Below the pieces are notes generated by a model. It made no database searches, had not been told where the DNA came from, and was given only the letters and a program-made list of their open reading frames with translations. This document shows, piece by piece, positions 1 through 11,254 of a stretch of 64,000 bases of DNA. The stretch's first letter is position 1, and the number at the start of each line of letters is the position of its first letter. A program made the translations under genes and the position numbers. Origin of the DNA: the human T2T-CHM13v2.0 reference genome, Homo sapiens; assembly GCF_009914755.1 (NCBI RefSeq), contig NC_060937.1; one strand, 5' to 3'.

Positions 1-1019
1 TGTCTTTAAAAGATATTTTCACTTCTCCCGCGTGATTCAGGGTGGTTTGGAAGTGGGAGAAGAAGGAGGCTTGAGATGTTGAAGTTCACTGCAAAGTCCC
101 TCCTTCAGGACTCTAATTATTAAATATTTTCTCTATATATACCTTGTCTATCCAAATGATCATGAACCTGGGATGGAGGATAGGATTTATTACCTTGTCT
201 CCTCCCAAGGGGTCCAGAGAAAGCCATGTGAAATGAGGGGATGATTAATAAACATTAGATTGACTGATGACCTCCACAGTATGTGAAATTGTCTTTTATC
301 AAAGCAGCAGGGAGACATAGTAGAGTCAGACAGGTATAACTCAAATGATCAGAAGGATAAGGATCAGAAGCTTCTGAGAACACGACTTGAAAACATCTCT
401 TAAATCTGGAATAACAAAGGTTAAAGAAGATATGAATTATGAAAAGAATGATCTTAACAAAACCTCAGATACTTAAAAATTACTCTAGGGGACACCTTTT
501 AATATTGCAGAGAGATCATCTTAGGCCCAATAAAACTAAATGCTATTTTTGCATCATGGGAATTGAATATAGGGAATTTGTCATTCAGGTAGAAATGAAG
601 TTGACCACAAAATTATCCTCAGAATGATTTAGACACACGTGTAAAGGAGAATGCAGAAACAATCCACATTGGTATAAAGTCTCCTGAGGCAGGGGCTATG
701 CCGTGACATTGCATCCCTGGACCTCACTCGGGGCCTGGATGAAGGAAGAGATGCCGTGTGCACTTCGTCTTGCATATTTCTCATTTAATCTTCCAGGCAA
801 CACTCAGATGTGGGCAACCTTTATTCCATTTGTAATCCAACCCTCAACCTCACCCTATCTATTGCATAACTCCTTTTTAATTCCTTAACCTGACAAATTA
901 CAGGTTTCTTCCACAATTATTATTTTTTTTTTTGCACAACACTTCTTAAGGACGACATTATCGATTTCCATTTATCCTGTACCTAACCTAGTACTTGGGA
1001 AATAATAAGCACGCAGAAT

Positions 1020-1190
1020 ATGAATGATGAAGAGATGGATCAGTGGATGGATGGATGGATGAACAGATGGATGAATAGATGGATGGATGAACAGATGAAT
1101 GTATGTATGGATGGATGGATGGTGGATGGATGATGGATGGATGGATGGATGGATGGATGAGTAGATGGAAGGAACAGATGGAAGGAAGCA
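1020..1190 (+). repeat. (TGGA)n simple repeat
   Basis: Degenerate atggatgg runs. Confidence 0.92.
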
Positions 1191-1289
1191 GAGAATGAGT
1201 AAAAGGATGATAAGTGATACAGCCAAACAGGTTTTCTCTTTTTTTGTAAATCCTTCTCAGTCTATGATTCTGATTTGGAAGAATTACAA

Positions 1290-1400
1290 GTAAAAATGAC
1301 CTAATTTGTGCAGATCTCTGAGAGGTTTTATATCTTACCCAAGGTCTCAAGTTTGTAAGTGGCAGAGTCAGCATCTGAACTCAGATTTGTCTAGTTTCAT
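1290..1400 (+). mobile_element. MIR fragment
   Basis: cttacccaaggtctcaagtttgtaagtggcagagtcagcatctgaactcag resembles the MIR core. Confidence 0.6.
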
Positions 1401-4400
1401 GAGGACGACAAAATGACTCTTGGGTTCAGATACAGGATGGGTGCACTGAGTCTTAGGCTTTAAGAATTCTGGTGTAAAAGCGATGGTACCCCTAATGAGT
1501 ACAAGCTAATGCATGTAATTTAAAGTCCAGTAAGCTAGAGTGAAAAAGTGCACGGAAAGAGCCAGCATACAGCCATTAAAATCGAAAAGCCCATGAATGA
1601 TGGTTAACTAAATTGGTAGACTATGGTATGTTCAAGCTTTAGAAAAGAGAGTGAAAAGATTTTTTAAATGACCAAAGTTGAACCGTTTCATTCTCTTCCA
1701 TTTATCACCATCATACTTAAAACCATCAAAACAAGTACTCTGTATTGTGGCTGGTGCCAGTCCCAGGTAAAGTTTAGCAGGCCACCCCAGCCTGTCTCTC
1801 CTGCTGAGTGCATGGAGCAGCTATTAGAGGACTCTGTCAGTGAACGGTAGCAGACAGACTGGGGAAGAAAACCAGATTTAGATGTGCCACCAAAGCAGGA
1901 CAATTTTACCATATTTTTTCTCCAGTTCTCCTGCTGTTTAGCCCAGATATGGCTGCAGCCACAGAAATTATGTGCAGAGTAAGTAAAGACACAATTTTAG
2001 AAACAAGGAGTCAACAAGAGGAATGTTAGGCTCTGAAAAGTAATGGGGAGTTCAGTGGGACGGTGGAATGAGGGAAGGAGATCCAGTAAAATTGTTCATG
2101 GACTCCTGGACTCATCTTTGATGTGCGCGTGCATGGATCTGACTCTAAACAGCTACCAAACTGAAAACTGCCCACACTGCCCACACCCAGACAGGCCGTT
2201 GGTGGGCACGCATGCAGGACAGATCTGAATAGTACCGCAAAAACAGTTCTACCTATAGAAGGTGAATTGAAGCTTGCAGCCTGGAACCTGACCCAGTCAT
2301 TGGCCTGCAAAGACCCCCAAACACCAACATTTTTCCATAAGAGAAAGGCATACATCTACAGACTCACAAAGCTAAAGAACCCAATCCACACACAGACATG
2401 TCATAATTAGATGTCGGAAAATTAGACAGAATGAGAAATCCTAAAAGTAGCCAGAGACAGCACATTACTTAGAGGGGAACACCGATTTGAATGATTCAGG
2501 GTTTATTATCAGACACTAAATAGAGGCCAGAAGGAAAGAAAGTAAACAACAGATTTAAATTGTTGAAGGCGAAGAACTATTAGAATTCTATGTCCAGTGG
2601 AAAAAAATACCCAGTACAGGTGAAATAAAGACATTTTTCAAATGAAGAAAAAAATACCCAGAACAGGTGAAATAAAGACATTTTTCAAGTGAAGAAAAAC
2701 TAAAAGAGTATACATTTCTCTAAAAGAATTGTTAAGGGAAGTTATTTAAACATAAGAAAAATGATATTAAAAGATACTTTGAAATATCAAGAATAAAGAA
2801 AGTAAAATATAAATTGGAAATAGCTGGGTAAATATGAAACACTTTTCTTCTCTTGGGTTTTAAAAATATATCAATGTAGGAAACAACACAAGTAAGCTAA
2901 AATAGCAAACTAGAAAATGTGTAAATAACAAAAAAGGCAGAAAAAGAGAAAATCAACAGTAGCATATAGAAAATCAATAATAAAAAGCTAGACTTAAATC
3001 CAAACATACCAATAATTGCTTTAAACACAAGCCCAGTCTAAACACACTAATTAAAATACAAAGATGCCAGAACAGATTTGAAAAATATGACCCAACTATA
3101 TGCTGTCAGAAAGAACCTTGCTTCAAATATAAGAATATGGATAGGATACAAATAACAAAATAGAGAAGACTTATCAAGCAAATGCCAATCAAAAGAAAGA
3201 TGGAGTGGCTATATTAATATCAGACAAAGTAGATTTGGAGCAAAAACTAATTCCCAGACATAAAAAGGCAGGTAGTATAATGGTAAAAGAGTTGACTCAC
3301 CAAGAAGTCAGAACAATACTAACGGTGTGCACCCCTAATAATGGAACTTAAAAATAGAAAAAGCAAACTGTTCCAATTGAAAGAAGAAATTTAGAAATCC
3401 ATAAAACACACTGGAAACTTCAACATTCATCTCTCGATAAATGACAGAACTATAGACAGAAAATCACAGGGATATAAAAGAACTGAACAATACCATCAAC
3501 CAAGTGGATCATAAACTACATTTATATAACAATCTATCCAACACTAATAGAATACATATTCTTTTCAATTGTACATGGAACACTCACCAAGAAAGAATAA
3601 AAGAAACTTTAACAAATGCACAATTATTGAAAGCATATGTAGTATGTGCTGTGTTCATAATGAAATTAAACCAGATATCAAAAACAGAAATATAACAGAA
3701 AAATCTACAAACATTTGGAAACTAAGCTACATACTTCCAAATAAGCCATGGATCATAGGAAGTATCAAAGAAATTAAAACTTATGTTGAATTGAATGTAA
3801 ATGAAAATACAACATAACACAATTCATGGGATGCAGGTAAATCAGTGCTTAGAGGGAAATATATAGCATCAAATGCTTATGCTTAAAAAGAAAAAAGTCT
3901 CAAATTAATCATGTATGCTTACACCTTAAGAAACTAGAAAAAGAAGAGCAAAATAAACACAAAATAAGAACATGAAAGGAAATAATAAAGATAAGAGAAA
4001 AAATTGATGAAATTGAAGGCAGAAAAAATAGAAAAAAATCAATAAATCCAAAAGCTGGTTCTCTGAAAAGATCAATAATATTGACAAACTTCTAAAGAAT
4101 TTGACAAAGAAAAAGATGGAAGATGAAAATGTTCAATATCAGGAAAGAAATAATAAATGCTGCTACAGGCTTCACAGACATGGAGATAATAGAATACTAG
4201 GAATAACTCTACACACACAAATTTGACAACTTACTATGAACTAATCCTTGAAAGAAAAAGTTATCTAACTCATCCAAGATGAAATAGATATCCTGAATAG
4301 TCCTATAACTATTTGTAACTTAAATTTATAGTTCAAAACCTACCAAGAAAGGAAATTTGCAGGACCAAACGGTTTTATTGACAAATTCTATTAAATATCT

Positions 4401-5320
4401 AAAAAACAAAACAAACAAACAAAAAAACAACTCTACATAATGTCTTCCAGAAAACAGAAGAGATGGGAACATTTCCTGGCTCATTTTTTTTTTTTTTTGC
4501 AAATGGCATTATTTGATAGAAAAGCCAAAGGTAATATAAGAAAATAAAGTTAAAAGCAATTTTCCTCACTAACACAGACACAAGGAACTCTAGTAAGTAC
4601 TAGCAAATCAAATGCTCAATATATAAAAAGAATAACATATCATGACCAAGTGGGCTTTATCCCAGAAATATAAAACTGGTCTGATCTTTGATTATCAATC
4701 ACTATTATCCACTGTTTCAACAAGCTGAAGAAGAAAGGCCATATAATCATATCATAGGGGATTGCATATGGGATTGCCGTTGATGCAGAAAAGGCATTCA
4801 ACAACATTTGATATCCACTCATGATACTTACAGGGATAAAGGTATCTGGTTTTTTTTTTAAACCCTATAGTTAACATCATATTTAATGATGAAAGACTAA
4901 ATGCTTTTTTCTTCAGATCAAGCACAAGGGAAGAATGCCCATATTCACCACTCCTATTTAACATTGTACTTAAAATTCTGGAGAGTACAAAGAGGCAAGA
5001 AAAAGAAAAAGAGGTGTGTGTGTAGGAGGGCTGAAATAAGAAAAGGAAGAAATAGACAGAGGAAAACATAGGAGTAAATATTCATGACCTTGGATCTGGC
5101 AATGGATTCTTAGATATGACACTAAAGGCATGAGCAACATATGAAAAATAGATAAATTGTACTTCATCAACATTAAAAACCTTTGTGCACTAACGTACAT
5201 TATTAAAAAAGTAAAAAGACAATCTTCATAATAGAAAATATATTTGCAAATCATATATCTGATAAGGGTCTACTATTCAGAATATATGAGGAATGTTTAC
5301 AAGTAAACAACAAAAAGACG

Positions 5321-5617
5321 GGTCAGGCACGGTGGTGCACAACTGTAATCCCAATAGTTTGGGAGGCCCAGGCAGGAGGATCGCTTAAGCCCAGGAGTTT
5401 GAGACCATTCCTGGCAGCATAGTGAGACCCCATCTCTAAAAAAAATTAGAGAAATTAGCTGAGTGTGGTGGCGCATCCCTACAGTCCTAGCTATTCAGGA
5501 GGTTGAGGTGGGAGGATCACTGGAACCTGGGAGGTTGAGGCTGCAGTGAGCCATGATTGTGCCATTGCACTCCAGCCTGGGTGAAAGAGTGAGAACCTGT
5601 CTCAAAAGTAAATAAAT
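5321..5617 (+). mobile_element. Alu (AluJ-like) inserted in L1
   Basis: Full dimer; TSD aacaaaaagac at 5309-5319 and 5618-5628. Confidence 0.93.
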
Positions 5618-5966
5618 AACAAAAAGACAAACAACCTAATTTAAAATGGAAAAGAAATTGAGTAAACATTTCAAATGTCTACTCAATATATAAATGGCCA
5701 AGAAGCACATTGAAAAGATGCACAGCATCATGAACAATTAGGAAAATGCAAACCAAACCGTGACCCCTTCATACCCACTAAGATGGTTATAATCAAAAAT
5801 TGGAAAATCGTAAGTGTGGACAAGGACATAGAGGAATTGGAGCCCACAGCACTGTTGGTGGGAGTGTAAAACAGTTCAGCCTCTGTGGAAAAGAGTTTGG
5901 CAGTTCCTCAAAAAGTTAAACACAGACTCAGCAATTCCATTCCTAGGTGGATACCCTAAAGAATTG

Positions 5967-6201
5967 AGGTGGGTGGATCACGAGGTCAGGAGATCGAGAC
6001 CATCCTGGCTAACATGGTGAAACCCCGTCTCTACTAAAAATACGAAAAATTAGCCGGGCATGGTGGCGGGCACCTGTAGTCCCAGCTACTTGGGAGGCTG
6101 AGGCAGGAGAATGGCCTGAACCCAGAAGGCAGAGCTTGCAGTGAGCTGAGATCACACCACTCACTGCACTCCAGCCTGGGCGACACAGCAAGACTGTTTC
6201 T

Positions 6202-6239
<38 letters not shown>

Positions 6240-6265
6240 AAGAAAGAAAAAGAAAAAGAAAAGAA
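5967..6265 (+). mobile_element. 5'-truncated AluY-like element with long A/(GAAA) tail
   Basis: ggatcacgaggtcaggagatcgagaccatcctggctaac and gagcttgcagtgagc diagnostics; ~35 A tail. Confidence 0.9.
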
Positions 6266-6626
6266 AACAGGAGCTCAAACAAATGCATGTGCACAGCAAC
6301 ACTATTCACAGTAGCCAAACATCAAGATAGTCCACATGTTCATGAATGGGTGAGTCGATACAGAAAATGTAGCATATTTACATGATGGAAGTTATACAGC
6401 CATAAAAGTGATCGAAGTACTGGCATGCCACAATGTGGATAACCTTGAGAAGGTCATGCTAAGTGAAAGAAAGCACACACGAAAGTCATGCACTGTATGA
6501 AATATCCAAAGTAGGCAAATGTATAGAGGCAGAAAGCAGACAGGTGTTTATCAGGGACGGAGGGGTAGGGAGGGAATGGGGTGTGACTTCTGAATGGGCA
6601 TGGGGCTTTGGTGTGATAGAACTAGT

Positions 6627-7110
6627 TTTGGAACTAGACACAAGTGGTTTAGTACTAGATACAAGTGGTTTAGTACTAGATACAAGTGGTTTAGTACTAG
6701 ATGCAGGTGGTTTAGTACTAGATGGAGGTGGTTTAGTATGAGATGCAACTGATTTAGAACTGAATGCGGATGGTTTAGAACTAGATGCAGGTGGTTTAAT
6801 ACTAGATGCAGCTGGTTTAGAACTAGATGAAGGTAGTTTAGAAGTAGGTGCAGGTGGTTTAGAAGTAGGTGCAGCTGATTTAGAACTAGATGCAGGTGGT
6901 TTAGAAGTAGGTGCAGCTGATTTAGAACTACATGCAGACGGTTTAGTACTAGATGCATCTGATTTAGAACTAGATGCAGGTGGTTTAGAGCTAGATGCAG
7001 CTGGTTTACAACTAGATGTAGGTGGTTTAGTGCTAGATTCAGGTGGTTTAGTGCTAGATGAAGCTGGTTTAGTACTAGAAGCAGGTGGCTTAGAACTAGA
7101 CGCAGGCGGT
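6627..7110 (+). repeat. 21-bp minisatellite (~23 copies), consensus GGTGGTTTAGAACTAGATGCA
   Basis: Direct periodicity; 7-codon periodic ORFs on the minus strand. Confidence 0.95.
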
Positions 7111-7380
7111 GGCACAGCATTGTGAATGTACTACATGCCACTGAATTGTTCACCTTAACATGGTGAATTTTACGTTATGTGAATTTCATCAATTAAAAAA
7201 TGATTACAAATCGAAATGTAGTAAGTAAAACCATAAAACTTTGAGAAGAAAATGCAAGAGAAAATATTCGTGAGCGAGGGTATATCAACGGGTTCTTAAC
7301 CATAATAGCAAAAGCATGTCCAATGGAAGAAAACAAAAATTGATAAATTGGATATCATCAAAATTAAAAAGTTTAGCTCT

Positions 7381-7564
7381 ATTCATGGACATAAACATGG
7401 GAACAATCAACACTGCAGAATACTAGAGCGGGGAGGGAGGACGGGGCCTGGGTTGAAAAGCTACCTACTGGGTACCACGCTCGCCACCTGGTACTATACA
7501 CCTGCATAACAATCCTGCATATACACCACTGTATCTAAAATAAAAGCTGAAATTTTAAAAAGCA
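7381..7564 (+). mobile_element. Short L1PB/L1PA-like 3' end
   Basis: L1P 3'UTR motifs ending ctaaaataaaagctgaaa; perfect 15-bp TSD aaaaagtttagctct at 7366-7380 and 7565-7579. Confidence 0.85.
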
Positions 7565-7712
7565 AAAAAGTTTAGCTCTGTGAAAGACATCATTAAGTGG
7601 ATGAATTTGCAAATCACTTATCCAAAAATGGACTTGTAACCAGAATATGCGAAAAACTTTCAGAATGCAGCAGTATGAAAACGAGCAACCCAACTGAAAA
7701 CCTGAGCAAAGG

Positions 7713-8020
7713 GGCTGGATACGATGGCTCACGCCTGTAATCCCAGCACTTTGGGAGGCCGAGGTGGGCAGATCACCTGAGTCTAGGAGTTTGAGGCCAG
7801 CCTAGACAACATGGTGAAACCCAGTCTTTACAAAAATACAAAAAAAATTAGCTGGGTGAGTGGCACACACCTGCAGTCCCAGCTACTCAGAAGGCTGAGG
7901 TGGGAGGACCACTTGAGCCCAGGAGGTGGAGGTTAACAGCCAGCCGAGATTAGGCCACTGCAGTCCAGCCTGGGCAACAGAGTAAGACCCCATCTAAAAA
8001 TAAAATAAAATAAAATAAAG
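7713..8020 (+). mobile_element. Alu (J/S)
   Basis: Full dimer with (TAAAA)n tail; TSD ctgagcaaagg at 7702-7712 and 8033-8043. Confidence 0.93.
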
Positions 8021-9794
8021 GTTTTAAAAAGACTGAGCAAAGGCTTAACAAACACTTTAAAAAAAGGATATACAAGATATACAGGCAGCCAAAAACTGTT
8101 CAACATCATTAACCATTAGAGAAATGCAAATTAACCATAGTTAATGCCACTACATACTTGTGAGAAGACCACGCACACACAGAACAATTGCTGGCAAAGT
8201 CAAATACTGGAGGGGATGTGGAGCCACTGGGGCTCCCATTGGTTGCTGGTGGAAGGCAGCATGGTGCAGCCATCCTGGAAGATGGTTTGGCAGCTCCTTA
8301 GAACATTAAACACACACTTCCCCTATGGCACAGCTGTCTTAGTACTGGGCATTTATCCTAAAGTAATGAAGTAATGAAGACTTACATTCACATGCAAACC
8401 TGAATGTGAATGTTTATTCCTATTTATAACCACCAAAACCCAGAAACAACCAAATATCCTTCAACAGGTGAATAGATAAGTGAAGGGTGGTATGTCTATA
8501 AAATGCCATCCCGCTCAGCAATAAAAAGGAACGAACTATTGATACACATAACGACTTGGAGGAATGTCAAATACATTATGCTGAGTGAAAGAAGACAGTT
8601 TCAAGTCTATTATTCCATTCCTGAATAGATGATCTATGATGGGGGAGAGTTCCATGGTTGAAGACCAGGTTAGGGTGCCTGGGCGTGTTATACATAGTAC
8701 AGGTTTGAAGGTTTTTAGGTGATGAAACTGTTCTGCGTGCTGATTTGGTTATGGGTATGTGAACCTATTTATAAGTTCACAATTCATAGAAATGTACATC
8801 CAAATAAGTCAGTTTTACTGTAAGTTAATTTAAAAAACATAAAAACTGCTTTCAGAATAACTGGTATAAGATGCATGGGATTTGAATGTTGGGATCCACA
8901 GTGTTATATTATCTTCTTTGTACTTTCCTAGGGATACTAAATTGTATATAATAAACATGATAAATGAACTTTATACATATATATGTATATATGTGTACAA
9001 AATTTTGTACACAAAATATATGTACATGTACGAAATGCTCTGAAGTGGCTCTTAATACCTCTCAGTAACTTCAGTAGAAACTAAGTCTAATGATTTTAAT
9101 TTTCTTCTCTACCCTTCTATATACTAAGGAGAGCAAAAGAACGCTTTTCAATGGTTTTGTCAAAAGTGGTGAAAAGGTGGCGAATCGGGTCCCTGCCGCA
9201 TGGCCTGCCTGGAGCACTGTGCTGCGTGTTCACATTCTGTCCTTCGTCTTCACAATGGCTCTGGTGGGTGAGTTAACTGAGAGCATCATCGTATTGAGAG
9301 CTTTTTTCTGAGTATTCAGTAACTCACTCATTCTCCGTGGACTATATTCTGATCCAGCTCAGACTGAAGCTTAAGTCATTAGGGAAAAGAAATCAGCCAT
9401 CTATTTTTTTTTCCTATATCAAGTAATACTTGGAATCCAGCCCTCTACTCCACTCCTAATATAACTAAAATCTCAGCTCTAACCCCCAGTGGATTCACAC
9501 TTAATGGCTATATATGTGTGCTATTCATCGCTGTTTATCTTCTACTTAACCAATGCCTGGGAAGTGGCATTTGTAGAGTGAATGAATGGAAGGATGGAGA
9601 GATAGATGACAGCTCTCTGGGGGGACAGATGGAAGGATGCAAAGGAGGGAGTGAGGAGGCGACGAAAGAGGAAGAGATGGAGAACACCAATCTTTTTTTC
9701 CTTGTTGTAGTCACTATAAATCACCCCCAGTCTGTGACTCTCATTTGGAAGAAGTGCAAAATAAAAATAATCTAAGGTATGCAAAGCTTACAAA

Positions 9795-9800
9795 TTTATT
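9795..9800 (-). terminator. Distal polyadenylation signal AATAAA
   Basis: tttatt on +; nearby ATTAAA (9824-9829) and AATAAA (9887-9892). Confidence 0.85.
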
Positions 9801-10858
9801 AGCAGCTTGTGCAGTAAGTTTCTTTTAATGCGTCTGTGGCAATACTAGCAACAAATTAATAAAAGCTTAATTTTTATACAAATAGTTTTATTACAAATTT
9901 GAATTCTTAAGAAATACACATTTAAAGAAATTACATAAAAGGCCTTAGTAGTCTTAGAAATGTTTTGGAGACTTTTAGTGAAATGTCATTTCAGGCCTAG
10001 TGGTCCGAATCTGCCCTCCTGCGGTCCATGCGATGCCCTGCTGAGGTCTGTGAACACAGCTCATGAGAAACCACGGAAATGGCCCGAATGTGCTTACGTG
10101 TGAAAATACTGATACTGTGATTCAACAGAGCTGTTTTTCAAGCCAGGATGCAGAATGAGGAATACTAATGAAATGACGGCCTTTAAGGTTGTTGCTTTTG
10201 AAGTCAAGTCATTCAGTTTGTGATTAGTGTTTAAAACCCTGAAAATATTTAATACAGAATAAAAACAATAAGCTCAAAGTACATGTTTCACTATAATAGA
10301 CACCATATTCATGAACCTGGGTTTGGTTTTGGCAACACATAATTTTTGGTTTAGAAGTGAACAATGAAAACGGATGTTTCACATTCAATATCCTAGTCTT
10401 TAAAAACCTATGTTAAAGGACAGCACAGTCTTTCAAAGGAAGAAAACTATGTAAGCTTTATTTTAACAGTGGAAGTTAAACTAAACCTTGATCTGCCTAA
10501 TTGCTGACATCTATATAAATTACTAATATATATATATATTTAATTTTTGACTATTTTTGGACCATCTTTATTCCACAGGAAAATTGTGATTTCTGCAAAA
10601 GCAGCTGCAAAGTACCACACATAGCAGAAAGACAGAAATTTATACTGGGGGGTTGGAAGATATGGCTACTGAGTCTGTAATTCCATTTGGAGGTTCAAAA
10701 AACCATTTTTACATTGCTATTATTTGTACAGACCAAGGGACCTAAATTTTGAAACAGCTAGACAGTGATATAAACAAACATTTATCTCTGGGGGTAGAAA
10801 ATTAATTATAATACAAGAATGAAAATGGGCAAACAGTATGGAAGGCACCCACACCTCC

Positions 10859-10865
10859 TAGCACC
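10859..10865 (-). promoter_or_regulatory. Second miR-29 site (7mer-A1 GGUGCUA)
   Basis: tagcacc on +. Confidence 0.6.
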
Positions 10866-11135
10866 CTTTGGTTTTCTGATGGAGTTCTCACTTCACACAT
10901 CAGTGCATTGGATTGCAGAAAATATTGATATTTTATTTCATCAAAAGTGCCATTTGGTATGCCACTATTGAAAGCTTATCGCTGTCTTTTTCTCCTCCAG
11001 CAAGTAGAGGTCAATGAAGCAGGGTGTGTTAGTTACGCAAATTCCTATAAGGCACTTTACGGTTTTCATATTGGACAGTGAGGTACACAGGATATATTTC
11101 TAGGGTTCGTTGCTGTTAACAAAAAGAAGAAGAAG

Positions 11136-11143
11136 TAGCACCA
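11136..11143 (-). promoter_or_regulatory. miR-29 8mer site (UGGUGCUA) at c.*30-*37
   Basis: tagcacca on +, 30-37 nt after the stop; exact miR-29 seed match. Confidence 0.93.
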
Positions 11144-11172
11144 TGTTGTGACATTAGCTGAGTCAGGCTTCA

Positions 11173-11254
11173 TTATGTTCTTCTCATACAGACTTGGCAG
11201 CGGCTGACGTGCGTGCGCAGCTCCCCTGCCTTCAAGGTGGACGGCGTAGGCTTC
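11173..11254 (-). CDS. COL4A1: COL4A1 exon 52 coding part (82 nt incl. stop)
   Basis: tttag|GAAGCC...; [29 protein letters not shown], immediately followed by TGA. Confidence 0.98.

Larger units (their letters stand above)
2350..8840 (+). mobile_element. Cluster of old degenerate L1 (L1M-type) ORF1/ORF2/3'UTR fragments with nested insertions
   Basis: A-rich strand with L1 ORF2-like motifs (cccaactatatgctgtc, gagtggctatattaatatcagacaaagtagat, gatgcagaaaaggcattcaacaa) and L1M 3'UTR motifs; many stops and frameshifts. Confidence 0.9.
9773..11172 (-). other. COL4A1: COL4A1 3'UTR (~1.4 kb)
   Basis: AU-rich sequence with no interspersed repeats between the stop codon and the distal AATAAA. Confidence 0.9.

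Noticed and set aside
972-1374. His/Pro/Ser/Ile-rich ORFs
   Set aside because: Translation of the (TGGA)n repeat.
3504-3817. ORFs with L1 ORF2-like residues
   Set aside because: Short remnants of a heavily mutated L1; no intact endonuclease or reverse transcriptase.
6486-7153. 209-aa Ser/Pro/Lys and 200-aa Leu/His ORFs as novel genes; the array as CRISPR-like
   Set aside because: Both frames follow from a 21-bp tandem unit inside an L1. There are no unique spacers, no cas genes and no splice or promoter evidence.
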